This document shows, piece by piece, positions 1-8,767 of a DNA stretch of 33,934 nt (its first letter is position 1; each line of letters opens with the position of its first letter). Under the pieces are notes generated by a model, which was not told the DNA's origin, ran no database searches, and saw only the letters and a list, made by a program, of their open reading frames with translations. Position numbers and translations under genes: made by a program. The stretch is from contig JAEOTR010000049.1 in NCBI GenBank assembly GCA_016839705.1, positions 1-33,934 of the forward strand, written 5' to 3'. This stretch comes from Promethearchaeota archaeon (GTDB lineage Archaea > Asgardarchaeota > Lokiarchaeia > Sigyniarchaeales > SOKP01).

Positions 1-353
1 CAATGGGTTTTAACAGAGCTGATTATTTAAAAGCAAGAATTGCTCTGGGGGCAAAACTGCTAATCGTAGAAAATGAAGGCTATGCTCTCCTATCCAATGT
101 TTTGTCTAAGATTAGATTAGGACCTTTAATCGCAAAAAATTATGATACAGCACTTCAAATTATTAAGAAAAGCATCAATTTAGGTGTCGATAATTTGATT
201 ATACCATATCATCCTCAGCAACAGAATCTCATGTCAACCATAGCACCTTTAACTGAAAATATAGGGGATCCAAACCTCAAAATGATTTATGGGGAAGATC
301 TCCAAGAAAAATTAACTTACTTGTACTCTATTGGAACCTATGCTAAGGGTTAG
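1..353 (+). CDS. C-terminal part of a GNAT/YitH-like acetyltransferase (5' end outside window)
   Basis: GFNRADYL...GYAL...IRLGPLIAKNYDTALQII resembles the second domain of YitH-type GNATs; ORF runs from the window edge. Confidence 0.55.
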   Translation, partial: MGFNRADYLKARIALGAKLLIVENEGYALLSNVLSKIRLGPLIAKNYDTALQIIKKSINLGVDNLIIPYHPQQQNLMSTIAPLTENIGDPNLKMIYGEDLQEKLTYLYSIGTYAKG

Positions 354-484
354 AGTTAGAATTCGCTTTAATCATTTAGAGGAAAGTTTTTCATTAAGTT
401 ATTATGTTGTTGATATAATTAACTACGTTATATATAAGCTTCTAAAGTAAATTGATTAACAAAAAATGGAGAAAATGTCTTATT

Positions 485-1675
485 TTATATCTCTTTTAGA
501 GCATTATGTATCCTTTCAAGAGCTTTCTTTAGAGTAATTAGTGGACACGCAATATTTATTCGTTGAAAACCTTCTCCACCACTCCCAAACATAGAACCAT
601 CATCTAAAGCAACTTTTGCTTTTTGCTGTAAAAAATTTTTCAATTTATCTATCTCGATCCCCAGTTTTCTAAAATCAAGCCAGACAAGATAAGTAGCCTC
701 GGGTTCAATAACGTCTATTTGGGGGATATTATTATTTAAGAATGATTTTAGAAAATCTAAATTTTGTTTAATATAAATTAAGAGTGAATTTAGCCATGCA
801 TCACATTTCTGATATGCTGTTGTAAATGCGACTAAAGATAAATCATTGGGTAAATATCCAAACTCTTCTGGGATAAAAACACTTTCAATTTGGTTAATAA
901 AGGACTTTCGCAACTTTTTATTTGGAATTATTATAGTAGAGAGTTGAAGACCGGCTAAATTAAATGTTTTACTCAATGATGTGCATGTTATTGAATTCAT
1001 CGCAAAATCATTATTTATTGAGGCAAAATTAGTGTGTCTAAATCCCGGAAGTATTAAATCACAATGAATTTCATCTGTAATAATCATTATCTCATTATTA
1101 ATGCAGATTTCTCCAACATCTATTAATTCCTCTCTCGTCCATACTCTACCTACGGGATTATGAGGACTGCAGAGAATTAGGATTTTTACTCTTTCATCTA
1201 TGATTTTACGTTTGAGATCATCTAAATCCATCTGGTAACGTCCACCTATCCGCTTTAAAGGATTATATAAAATTTGCCTACCATTGTTTTTAATAACGCC
1301 AAAGAATGGGTAATAAACAGGATTTTGTACAATTATTTTATCTCCGGGATTACTGAAAGATTGGATAGCTATATTGATTGCAGGAATCACTCCCGGGGTG
1401 AAAGCTAACCAATTTTTCCTTATTTCCCAATCATAACGCCGTTTAAACCAATCTAACACAGCATCGAAGTAGGTAGAATGGAAATATGAATAACCAAATA
1501 CCCCATGTTTTGCTCGATCGAGTATTGCATCAATGATTGGTTCAGGTACTTTAAAATCCATATCCGCAACCCATAAAGGTAATAAATCTTTATCATAGTA
1601 ATCCCATTTAGCGGATTGAGTCCCAGAACGATCAACAACTTCATCAAAAGACCAATTTTTTTCTTTCACTATCAT
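485..1675 (-). CDS. patB: PLP-dependent cystathionine beta-lyase/aminotransferase, MalY/PatB family
   Basis: DRSGTQSAKWD, LPLWVADMDF, CSPHNPVGRVW, DEIH, SKTFNLAG (PLP lysine), GFQRINIACP. Confidence 0.92.
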   Translation of the reverse strand: MIVKEKNWSFDEVVDRSGTQSAKWDYYDKDLLPLWVADMDFKVPEPIIDAILDRAKHGVFGYSYFHSTYFDAVLDWFKRRYDWEIRKNWLAFTPGVIPAINIAIQSFSNPGDKIIVQNPVYYPFFGVIKNNGRQILYNPLKRIGGRYQMDLDDLKRKIIDERVKILILCSPHNPVGRVWTREELIDVGEICINNEIMIITDEIHCDLILPGFRHTNFASINNDFAMNSITCTSLSKTFNLAGLQLSTIIIPNKKLRKSFINQIESVFIPEEFGYLPNDLSLVAFTTAYQKCDAWLNSLLIYIKQNLDFLKSFLNNNIPQIDVIEPEATYLVWLDFRKLGIEIDKLKNFLQQKAKVALDDGSMFGSGGEGFQRINIACPLITLKKALERIHNALKEI

Positions 1676-1786
1676 GCACGTTTTTTAATTTCTGTTAATT
1701 TATGTAAAAAAGCGATAAAAAAAAGTATTTTCAATTAAGATCTCTTAAAAAACTAAAAAAAAAGAATTAGATAATAAAAACTCATT

Positions 1787-2176
1787 CTATTGTCTTTGTT
1801 GTTGAGTATAGAAGTATAAGAAGGCTACAAAGAATATGATTTGTATCGCAAAATTGAACCATCCTGCAAAACCAGTACCATCAACGAAAACACCTACCAT
1901 TTGGACTATTGCTCCTAGAATGCAAAAAAGCATATCAAAAATTACAAATAATTCCACTTTCTCCCAATCAGTCTCTCTAAAAGCTAAGAATTCTATGAAA
2001 GCTAAACTGAGGAAGATTATACCAATATATCTCCCTGCCGTTGGATCGTAATTAGGCCAACTAAATATAGCGACATACTGTTCGACAAAGAATGTAAAAA
2101 ATATTCCAAATATTAGGAATACTATAAGCTGAACTAGAAATGTATATTTTAATTCTTTTAAAATATCAGGACTCAT
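1787..2176 (-). CDS. 4-TM membrane protein of unknown function
   Basis: 129 aa with four hydrophobic segments; GAGGG SD-like sequence upstream. Confidence 0.75.
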   Translation of the reverse strand: MSPDILKELKYTFLVQLIVFLIFGIFFTFFVEQYVAIFSWPNYDPTAGRYIGIIFLSLAFIEFLAFRETDWEKVELFVIFDMLFCILGAIVQMVGVFVDGTGFAGWFNFAIQIIFFVAFLYFYTQQQRQ

Positions 2177-2277
2177 TTTATTATTCCCTCTTTATGATAA
2201 ATTATTGAAAAATTACAGAAAGGTATGTTGAATGGAATATAAATATTATTACTAATAGAATTATTATTACAGGAACT

Positions 2278-4134
2278 TCATTTACTGGTTAACTCTTTAA
2301 ATTCTTTTAACTCTTTAATGTTATCAAATCTATCATCTGATAAAACTCTTTCAATATAATTTTTATCAATCTCAAATACTATTCTTAATAAATCTAAAGC
2401 TTTGGTATGGTTATTTCTAAGTGATTCAAGACACGCGATGTTATACAAAATCTCACTATTTGCAGGATCTTTTTTGAATGCTTTATTTAGATAATATTCA
2501 GCTTTTTCAAGATTTCTTAAATTTAAAAATATGCTACCAAGGTTGTTTTGAACATCAGCAACGGTGGGGGAATACGTTTTAGGATCTTCTTTTGCATACA
2601 TTTTAAAGATTTTTAAAGCATCAATGTAATATTGTTTTGCTTGTTCGAAGTGTTGTAATCTGGAGTTTATTGTTCCAAGAGAGTTTTGTATAAGAGCGAC
2701 ATTGTATAAGTATACTTCTGGATTTTCTTCTGCTAATTGTTTAGCAATATTTAAGGCTTCATTGAATATTGGTTCTGCGTCTTCAAATTTATTTAAAGTA
2801 GCATATAAATCCCCAAGATCTAATAGGGTGAGCACTAACTCGGGTAAAACTTGATTGGGATAATGTTCCGCTATTTTTCTTTTAATTTTTAATGCCTTTA
2901 GATGCATCCGCTCCGCATCTTCAAATTTCCTTAATTCACTATAAACGAGCCCAAGATTACTCTGAGTCTTAGCAATGTCGATTAAATACATATCATAAGA
3001 TACTTTTGCTAATTTTTTGTAACTATCTATAGAATCAATGGAACCATCCTGAATATCCTCCAATAGGTCTAAATCAATGCCTACGTTTCCAAATTCACTT
3101 GTAATTGAGGGCTCCTCAGGGAGATATATATCATAATATTTTTTTAATAACTCATTATATACCTTTAAATCGTCTAGGTATGAATTTTCTAGACTGCTAA
3201 GCTCTTCTGAGTGAAAATCAGGTGAATGTACATTATTATATCGTCGTTTTAATTCTTTGTATGAACTTAATGCATCAGTGTATATTTTTTCTGCTTCTTC
3301 AAACCGTTTTAAGTCAATATATAAAGTTCCGAGGTTTTTTTGTGTGGCAGCGACATAGGGTAAATAGATTCTATAATATTTTTTCGCCAAATTATTGTAA
3401 AGATCTAAAGCATTAAGATAGACTCTCTCTGCATCCTCAGAATTCCCTATGATAGATAGAATATTACCAACCACGATAAGAATCGGCGCTTTATATTCAT
3501 CTTCAAGTATAAGTAATTCTTGCGCAACGTCAATTAATCTTTTATGATCGTAGTTAAATTGTTGTATTTTATTGGCCACTATTAGAAATTCATTTACTAA
3601 CTCCTCAGAAGGACTTAATTTTGCCCTATGTAATAGAATTTCAATTTCGTCCTTTAGATCACCTCGAAATATCTTACCCTTTTTTTCATAATATTGTAGG
3701 GCTTTTTTATGGGACTTTTCATCACCTAGGGAATTTAAAACATCTTGAATCTCTTGAAATGAGAATTCATATGTCTCTTCTTTACTCTTTTTCTTCTTGA
3801 TTATTCCTGTACCCAACAATTCATTAATAGAATTCTCCACATTTGAAAATTTACAGCATGTTTCAATAGATTTTTTATTAATATTAGTATCTATATTTGT
3901 ATTTATAACACTTAATATTTTGAGCAATTCTAATGCTTCTGGATTCGATGAAAGAATTTCTTTTATAATTTGCATATAAAAATTATATATTTCACCCAAC
4001 TCACTTTTGAGACTAAAAACTTCTAATTTATCAAAATTAATTCTTCTGTAATTTTTTTTTATTATCTTTTCTAACGCTATATGCCCCTCAGGGAGTTGTT
4101 TAACGATTTCTATTACTTTATTTGGATACCTTAT
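2278..4134 (-). CDS. TPR protein (TPR_12-like repeats plus C-terminal YNxACxxS 'end-of-group' TPR) with N-terminal STAND-like helical/winged-helix remnant; start uncertain (TTG 3999 or ATA 4134)
   Basis: Repeated xxTQxNLGxLY TPR units; frame stays open 45+ codons upstream of the track start. Confidence 0.75.
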   Translation of the reverse strand: MRYPNKVIEIVKQLPEGHIALEKIIKKNYRRINFDKLEVFSLKSELGEIYNFYMQIIKEILSSNPEALELLKILSVINTNIDTNINKKSIETCCKFSNVENSINELLGTGIIKKKKSKEETYEFSFQEIQDVLNSLGDEKSHKKALQYYEKKGKIFRGDLKDEIEILLHRAKLSPSEELVNEFLIVANKIQQFNYDHKRLIDVAQELLILEDEYKAPILIVVGNILSIIGNSEDAERVYLNALDLYNNLAKKYYRIYLPYVAATQKNLGTLYIDLKRFEEAEKIYTDALSSYKELKRRYNNVHSPDFHSEELSSLENSYLDDLKVYNELLKKYYDIYLPEEPSITSEFGNVGIDLDLLEDIQDGSIDSIDSYKKLAKVSYDMYLIDIAKTQSNLGLVYSELRKFEDAERMHLKALKIKRKIAEHYPNQVLPELVLTLLDLGDLYATLNKFEDAEPIFNEALNIAKQLAEENPEVYLYNVALIQNSLGTINSRLQHFEQAKQYYIDALKIFKMYAKEDPKTYSPTVADVQNNLGSIFLNLRNLEKAEYYLNKAFKKDPANSEILYNIACLESLRNNHTKALDLLRIVFEIDKNYIERVLSDDRFDNIKELKEFKELTSK

Positions 4135-4347
4135 TTTAAATCACTTGATTATCTAATAAGTATAAAGTGAAAAATCAAATTTTTTCTACTTTAATCACAT
4201 GACTCTTTGAATTTATATTTATGATGTCTTTTTTGATATTATAAAAATCCTAACATAAAAATTCCCCCTAATTAAGATGATTGAGGACTTCACGATTGTA
4301 TGTCCTTAGTTTTTCATTTTTCAAATCGAACTGGTTAACCACCATGA

Positions 4348-4569
4348 TTTTGCGATGGTCAACTTGCAAACGGATTCTATCGCGAACTCACATATAACTT
4401 AAACATTAATTTATTAACAGAGCCTTTACCCGCTGGAACATATACTATTGAGGTATATTGGAAGTCAACTTTTGATGCAACAGGAATCTCTAACTCATTA
4501 AGTGTTGCACATGCCCCTACATACAACTACACAAGAACTTTATTCGCCCAAGAATTAAGTCCATTCTAA
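4348..4569 (+). pseudogene. 5'-truncated gene remnant encoding a beta-rich C-terminal domain
   Basis: 73-codon open frame without start: FCDGQLANGFYRELTYNLNINLLTEPLPAGTYTIEVYWKSTFDATGISNSLSVAHAPTYNYTRTLFAQELSPF*, followed by T-rich terminator. Confidence 0.6.
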
Positions 4570-4678
4570 TTTTTGAAATCTTTCTCTTTTTTTTTAATGT
4601 TTGTAGTCTTTTTCCCTATTTTAAGATTTTTAAATTATTACGTGAAAATTTTTATGTATAATATTATCTAATTTCAAT

Positions 4679-5419
4679 ATGAGTAATCATTTAGATAATT
4701 ATGGTGATAATTTTCAACAAAAATCTAAATATAATAGAGAAAATTTGCCACAACATCGGTTGGATTGGAAAAATAAACCTGAAGTTTATAAGACCTATCC
4801 AAACGCAATTGAAACGATTAAACTAAAAAATCCTGAATTTGATAAAGATCTATCGTTTTGGAAAGTAGTTCTCAACAGAAAGTCTACTCGAAATTACATA
4901 TATGAACCAATTTCTCAGTTGCAACTTAATCTATTATTATTTGGTATGTCAGGTTTAACTCGGATTTTTCCCCAATTTGCATTCAGGACCGTACCTTCTG
5001 CAGGAGGATTATACCCTATTGAAATATACCCAATAATAAATAATGTTGAAGATATTGATCAGGGAATATACCATTATAATGTACCAGACCATAGCCTTGA
5101 ATTATTAAAGGGAGGAGATTCTCGAAATAATATAGCAAAAGGGTGTTTAGATCAAAAAATTGCCTACAACTCAGCAGTCAGTTTTGTATGGACAGCGGTA
5201 ATAGAGCGTTCTAAATGGAAGTATCTCCAAAGATGCTATAGATATATTTATTTAGATGCGGGACATATTGGTCAAAATTTCTATTTAATTGCGGAAGCAT
5301 TAGATTTGGGCGCATGTACTATTGGAGCGATATACGATGATGAAATAAATGAAATATTAGGCATTGATGGGATTAATGAAACAACATTGTATGTCGGTGT
5401 TGTAGGGAAGATACGTTAG
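4679..5419 (+). CDS. SagB/ThcOx-family nitroreductase-like FMN dehydrogenase
   Basis: RKSTR, FRTVPSAGGLYPIEIY, YRYIYLDAGHIGQN motifs; TATA-like TTTTAT about 25 nt upstream (probably leaderless). Confidence 0.9.
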   Translation: MSNHLDNYGDNFQQKSKYNRENLPQHRLDWKNKPEVYKTYPNAIETIKLKNPEFDKDLSFWKVVLNRKSTRNYIYEPISQLQLNLLLFGMSGLTRIFPQFAFRTVPSAGGLYPIEIYPIINNVEDIDQGIYHYNVPDHSLELLKGGDSRNNIAKGCLDQKIAYNSAVSFVWTAVIERSKWKYLQRCYRYIYLDAGHIGQNFYLIAEALDLGACTIGAIYDDEINEILGIDGINETTLYVGVVGKIR

Positions 5420-5450
5420 TTTGAAAAAAGGGATAAAATAGGAATTAAGT

Positions 5451-5885
5451 TTATAATTTCTCTCGTTTTATTAACTGAACTAGAATAATATCAAAGATCA
5501 GTAAAAATGGGATGGGCCAGATGATTACGATTAAATTGTCCCCATGAGAATTGAGAATAAACGTGGCAGGTATGGATATTATTAACGGAATTAACTCACT
5601 AATGACACCCACGGAAATAAAGCGGATTTCATTGAATTTCCCCTTGAAGAACAGAATTACTTCAATTAGGAAGAAAATCCTGAAAAAACAATACATGAAA
5701 TGATACTGAAATGCGCTAAAAAATCTAATTGAATACCATGCGGGTGTAAGAGGTACTTCCCACACCATTGAAAGAATACTATTAGGGCCAGGGCCTAGAT
5801 CCATTTGATAACCAAAAGGTATAATAAAAACTACCAGGATCGATAAAATCCCTACAATTATTATTTTTAAACGCTGATTGCTCAT
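5451..5885 (-). CDS. Membrane protein of unknown function
   Basis: 144 aa, about four hydrophobic segments. Confidence 0.7.
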   Translation of the reverse strand: MSNQRLKIIIVGILSILVVFIIPFGYQMDLGPGPNSILSMVWEVPLTPAWYSIRFFSAFQYHFMYCFFRIFFLIEVILFFKGKFNEIRFISVGVISELIPLIISIPATFILNSHGDNLIVIIWPIPFLLIFDIILVQLIKREKL

Positions 5886-5928
5886 ATTAATTCTTCTAAA
5901 GATTAATGACTTAAATTATTAATGAATA

Positions 5929-6947
5929 TCATCTAATTTTTACATCAATGACTGCCGGTTTACCTGAATTTTTAGCACGCTCAAGAGCATTTTTAATTTC
6001 ATTGGGATCAGAAACCGATTCACCATAACACCCAAAAGCTTTAGCAAGTTTACCATGATCAAATTCAGGGAGGTCTACATCAATAGTACGATTTTTAAAG
6101 ATAGATTGCTGACCTGTTTTGATCATTCCATATGCACTATTATTTGCTACCACATAAATTAGATTATTTAACCCCAAACGTACTGCAGTTTCTAATTCTT
6201 GTATATTTATCATGAAAAAACTATCCCCCGATATTGAAACTACTTGTTTATCTGGTTTTGCCAGTTTAGCACCAATACCATATGGTATTGAAGTCCCCAA
6301 GTGTCCCATACAGATTGAATGAAGTGTTGATAAAGGTTTTCTATTGTACAAATGGAGTAGAGCATGAGTGGTATAAACGATATTCCCACCATCGATTACT
6401 AGTATTGTATCTTCATCAATAAAATCTAATACTTCTTTTACCATCCTGAATGGATCAATTGGCCTGTAGCCTCTCGAAAAGCTTTACGAACCGCATCAGC
6501 AATATCTTCTATCTTGCGGACACTTTTTTGGTATTTAGTTATTGGTTTAAACATTGTGATTTGATCTATTCCTCCTTGTAGTGAGAATTTATTAGCCTCT
6601 TGAGTTTTAACCTGTGCTACAATAGTAATCAGAGGAATATTATCACCCCACGCAGCTGCTACACCCGGTACTAGGTGTGTTGCACCAGGTCCCACCGTTC
6701 CCATACACACTCCAGGAGTATTGGTTACTCTTGCCCACGCATCCGCTGCATGTGCCGCAGCTTGCTCATGTCGAAACATAACAGTATCAATCCCTTTCTC
6801 ACGACCCCATCTGTAAACGGCATCATAAACCGTTAAGAGTTGACCACCAATTATCCCAAATATTTTTGTAACAGATTCTTCGAGGAGGCATTTTATTAAG
6901 ACATCCCCGCCCCTAATTATTTTCTTCTGCTCTTCCACATTTTTCAC
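5929..6947 (-). pseudogene. Acetolactate synthase-like TPP enzyme with internal deletion/frameshift (fragments 6438-6947 and 5929-6444)
   Basis: N-domain (FRHEQAAAHAADAWARVT...GPG) abuts C-domain (MGHLG, GD..MINIQEL..NNSAYG) in a different frame; central domain missing; GDG motif reads GDS. Confidence 0.8.
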
Positions 6948-7120
6948 TTTTAAATAAATACTCTTATGATACTTGTTAAAACTTAACTTTTTACTTATAA
7001 TTAATTAATAACAAATTTAATTACATGAGACAATTTGAGAATTGACAAGATATAGTCGGTTAAACTATTTCCTTATGAATCATATATTGATACATTAAAA
7101 AGTGTTGAAAGAAATAATGT

Positions 7121-7146
7121 CCTCCTAGTATTAGATTACTAGGAGG
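7121..7146. terminator. Perfect 10-bp hairpin downstream of the small-ORF array
   Basis: CCTCCTAGTA-ttagat-TACTAGGAGG. Confidence 0.55.
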
Positions 7147-7212
7147 TTTATTTCTATATTATGGAAATGAAAAATAATCATGAAAAAAATATAAAATTAA
7201 AAAGAATATTTA

Positions 7213-7296
7213 TTAAAGGTCTTTTAGACCAAATTTATATTTAGTTGGATGATACATATAATCTCCAAGTGTATTTTCCCTTTTTTTATTCGACAT
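7213..7296 (-). CDS. 27-aa small protein MSNKKRENTLGDYMYHPTKYKFGLKDL
   Basis: AGGAGG SD 8 nt before ATG; follows the 7318-7401 ORF by 21 nt; not in ORF track. Confidence 0.65.
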   Translation of the reverse strand: MSNKKRENTLGDYMYHPTKYKFGLKDL

Positions 7297-7317
7297 TTTA
7301 TTTTCCTCCTATTTTAT

Positions 7318-7401
7318 TTAGCGAATTGAATTTTGAATTATGGGATTATATCCAGGAAACGCTTTTTTCATATTTTTTATTTCTTTTAATTCTTTTCTCA
7401 T
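7318..7401 (-). CDS. 27-aa small protein MRKELKEIKNMKKAFPGYNPIIQNSIR
   Basis: GAGGT SD upstream; TATA-like promoter about 60 nt upstream; shares RKELxxIKNM with the 8160-8228 ORF. Confidence 0.65.
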   Translation of the reverse strand: MRKELKEIKNMKKAFPGYNPIIQNSIR

Positions 7402-7459
7402 TTTTTTTAACCTCTTAGTTTATTTTTTTTTTACTTAATTTTATAATTATTTTGTTTCC

Positions 7460-7477
7460 ATATATAGTTTTATTACC
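7460..7477 (-). promoter_or_regulatory. Promoter P2 of small-ORF array (GGTAATAAAAC-TATATA)
   Basis: 14/15 identical to 8622-8636; contains BRE/TATA-like AAAC-TATATA; 62 nt from ATG 7401. Confidence 0.55.
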
Positions 7478-7825
7478 ATAACTTTCTGCGAAGTTCGAAA
7501 CTTGTTAAAAATTTAACAAAAAGAAGTAGAAATAATTTATAACTTTGGTATTCTTAAGGGAAATATATCTTTCCTTGGGGGACTTATCTATTTAGAAGAT
7601 AGATATAAACAATTAATTTTGGGTTTTCCAATCTTAAAAAGATGATTGTATATGACTTAATCCTCTTTTTTATCAAAACAAACTAGAATTGAAGCACTGG
7701 TTACACCATGGTTTTTTATACTCTGCTTGATAGTTTCTGATTTTTCTCTGAATTCTGAGTATTCTTTATATTCTTTTATGAGTTCTAAATTCTTATCAAT
7801 CTCTTCTAGTGTAATATTAATTAAG

Positions 7826-8008
7826 TCAGGATGTTTTGGATCTTCGAGTTATACCTATCTTACCCTTTTTCTTTAGTACTTCAGTTTTCTCCTTTCTCTT
7901 TAATTCACATAAAGGACAGGAGATAACCTTGTTATCGATTATAATCATTCCTGTTTTACAATTAGGACATTGAGTACGAACCGTAAAATTAAAATCCTCA
8001 AAACTCAT
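7826..8008 (-). CDS. Small Zn-ribbon protein (CPNC...CPLC), possibly continuing by +1 frameshift to 7657
   Basis: GGTGA SD before ATG 8008 (MSFEDF...); two CxxC motifs; downstream +1 frame open from 7848 to 7657. Confidence 0.6.
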   Translation of the reverse strand: MSFEDFNFTVRTQCPNCKTGMIIIDNKVISCPLCELKRKEKTEVLKKKGKIGITRRSKTS

Positions 8009-8159
8009 ACCTTTCACCCTTTCGTTTACAGTTATTTTACAATTGTCTTTGGGCGGATTGGAGCCCCGCCCTTGCTCTTTTAGTGAAATCAATAGGGAAA
8101 TGGTGAGTTGATAAAAATTGTGAACGTAAAATGTAAATTAAAAATGAAAAAAAAAATAT

Positions 8160-8228
8160 TTAACGACGTATGTAATACATGTTCTTGATAATAATCAATT
8201 CTTTTCTGGATAATTCCTTATTCTTCAT
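8160..8228 (-). CDS. 22-aa small protein MKNKELSRKELIIIKNMYYIRR
   Basis: GGAGGT SD 7 nt before ATG; followed by oligo-T; not in ORF track. Confidence 0.65.
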   Translation of the reverse strand: MKNKELSRKELIIIKNMYYIRR

Positions 8229-8300
8229 TATGTTTACCTCCTTTTTGTTTTTTTTTTATTTTTGTTTTTAGTTATATTTTAAATACTTTTGTTAAATCTT

Positions 8301-8555
8301 CTACCGTAGCCCATAATTCCTGTGAACTCGCTGCCATTCAAGACGGTGGATTGGAATTACATCTTCAGGATATTTTGCGTTTAATTCTGCTTTTTTGAAT
8401 AATTTGGATAATCGCTTTTTAACGGGTTTCTTTTCTATTATCTTAGGTTTGATTGTTTTTTGAATTCTTACCTGCTCTAAGCGCATCTCCAAATTTATCT
8501 GTTCTATATCAATACAATTCATTCTTACCGACTTTTTTTCTGATACATGAGCCAT
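8301..8555 (-). CDS. 84-aa basic hypothetical protein
   Basis: ORF track; Lys/Arg-rich; first gene after promoter P1. Confidence 0.7.
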   Translation of the reverse strand: MAHVSEKKSVRMNCIDIEQINLEMRLEQVRIQKTIKPKIIEKKPVKKRLSKLFKKAELNAKYPEDVIPIHRLEWQRVHRNYGLR

Positions 8556-8618
8556 TTTTTTTTCTCTCTTCTTTGTTTTTTTTCTTTTTTTTCTTAAATA
8601 ATAGGAAGATTTACATCA

Positions 8619-8636
8619 ATTTATAGTTTAATTACC
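8619..8636 (-). promoter_or_regulatory. Promoter P1 of small-ORF array (GGTAATTAAAC-TATAAA)
   Basis: 14/15 identical to 7463-7477; TATA box TATAAA; 67 nt from ATG 8555. Confidence 0.55.
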
Positions 8637-8690
8637 TATACTTCAATTGTAGTTTGTAGTTCATCCGAAGTTTCTACGCTTATGTGAACA

Positions 8691-8705
8691 AGAAACCTTA
8701 AATAA
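8691..8705 (+). promoter_or_regulatory. BRE/TATA promoter for the 851-aa regulator
   Basis: AGAAACC-TTAAATA, archaeal BRE + TATA pattern. Confidence 0.45.
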
Positions 8706-8767
8706 GAGTTGTACTATTCATTATTTGTAATAGAATTCATTTTCTAATGGTACTTCAGTGATTAATT

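Noticed and set aside
4679-5419. SagB-like gene as part of a RiPP (azole) cluster with the small ORFs as precursors
   Set aside because: No YcaO/cyclodehydratase, transporter or protease nearby, and the peptides lack Cys/Ser/Thr-rich cores; stand-alone SagB homologs are common in archaea
7161-7244. Plus-strand 27-aa ORF MEMKNNHEK... after the hairpin-sequestered GGAGG (type I toxin-antitoxin-like layout)
   Set aside because: SD-ATG spacing is 13-14 nt, the ORF is antisense to a better-supported ORF, and the peptide is not hydrophobic like type I toxins
7826-8092. Track start (TTG 8092) for the Zn-ribbon ORF
   Set aside because: ATG 8008 has a GGTGA SD; the extension crosses a GC hairpin and probable leader
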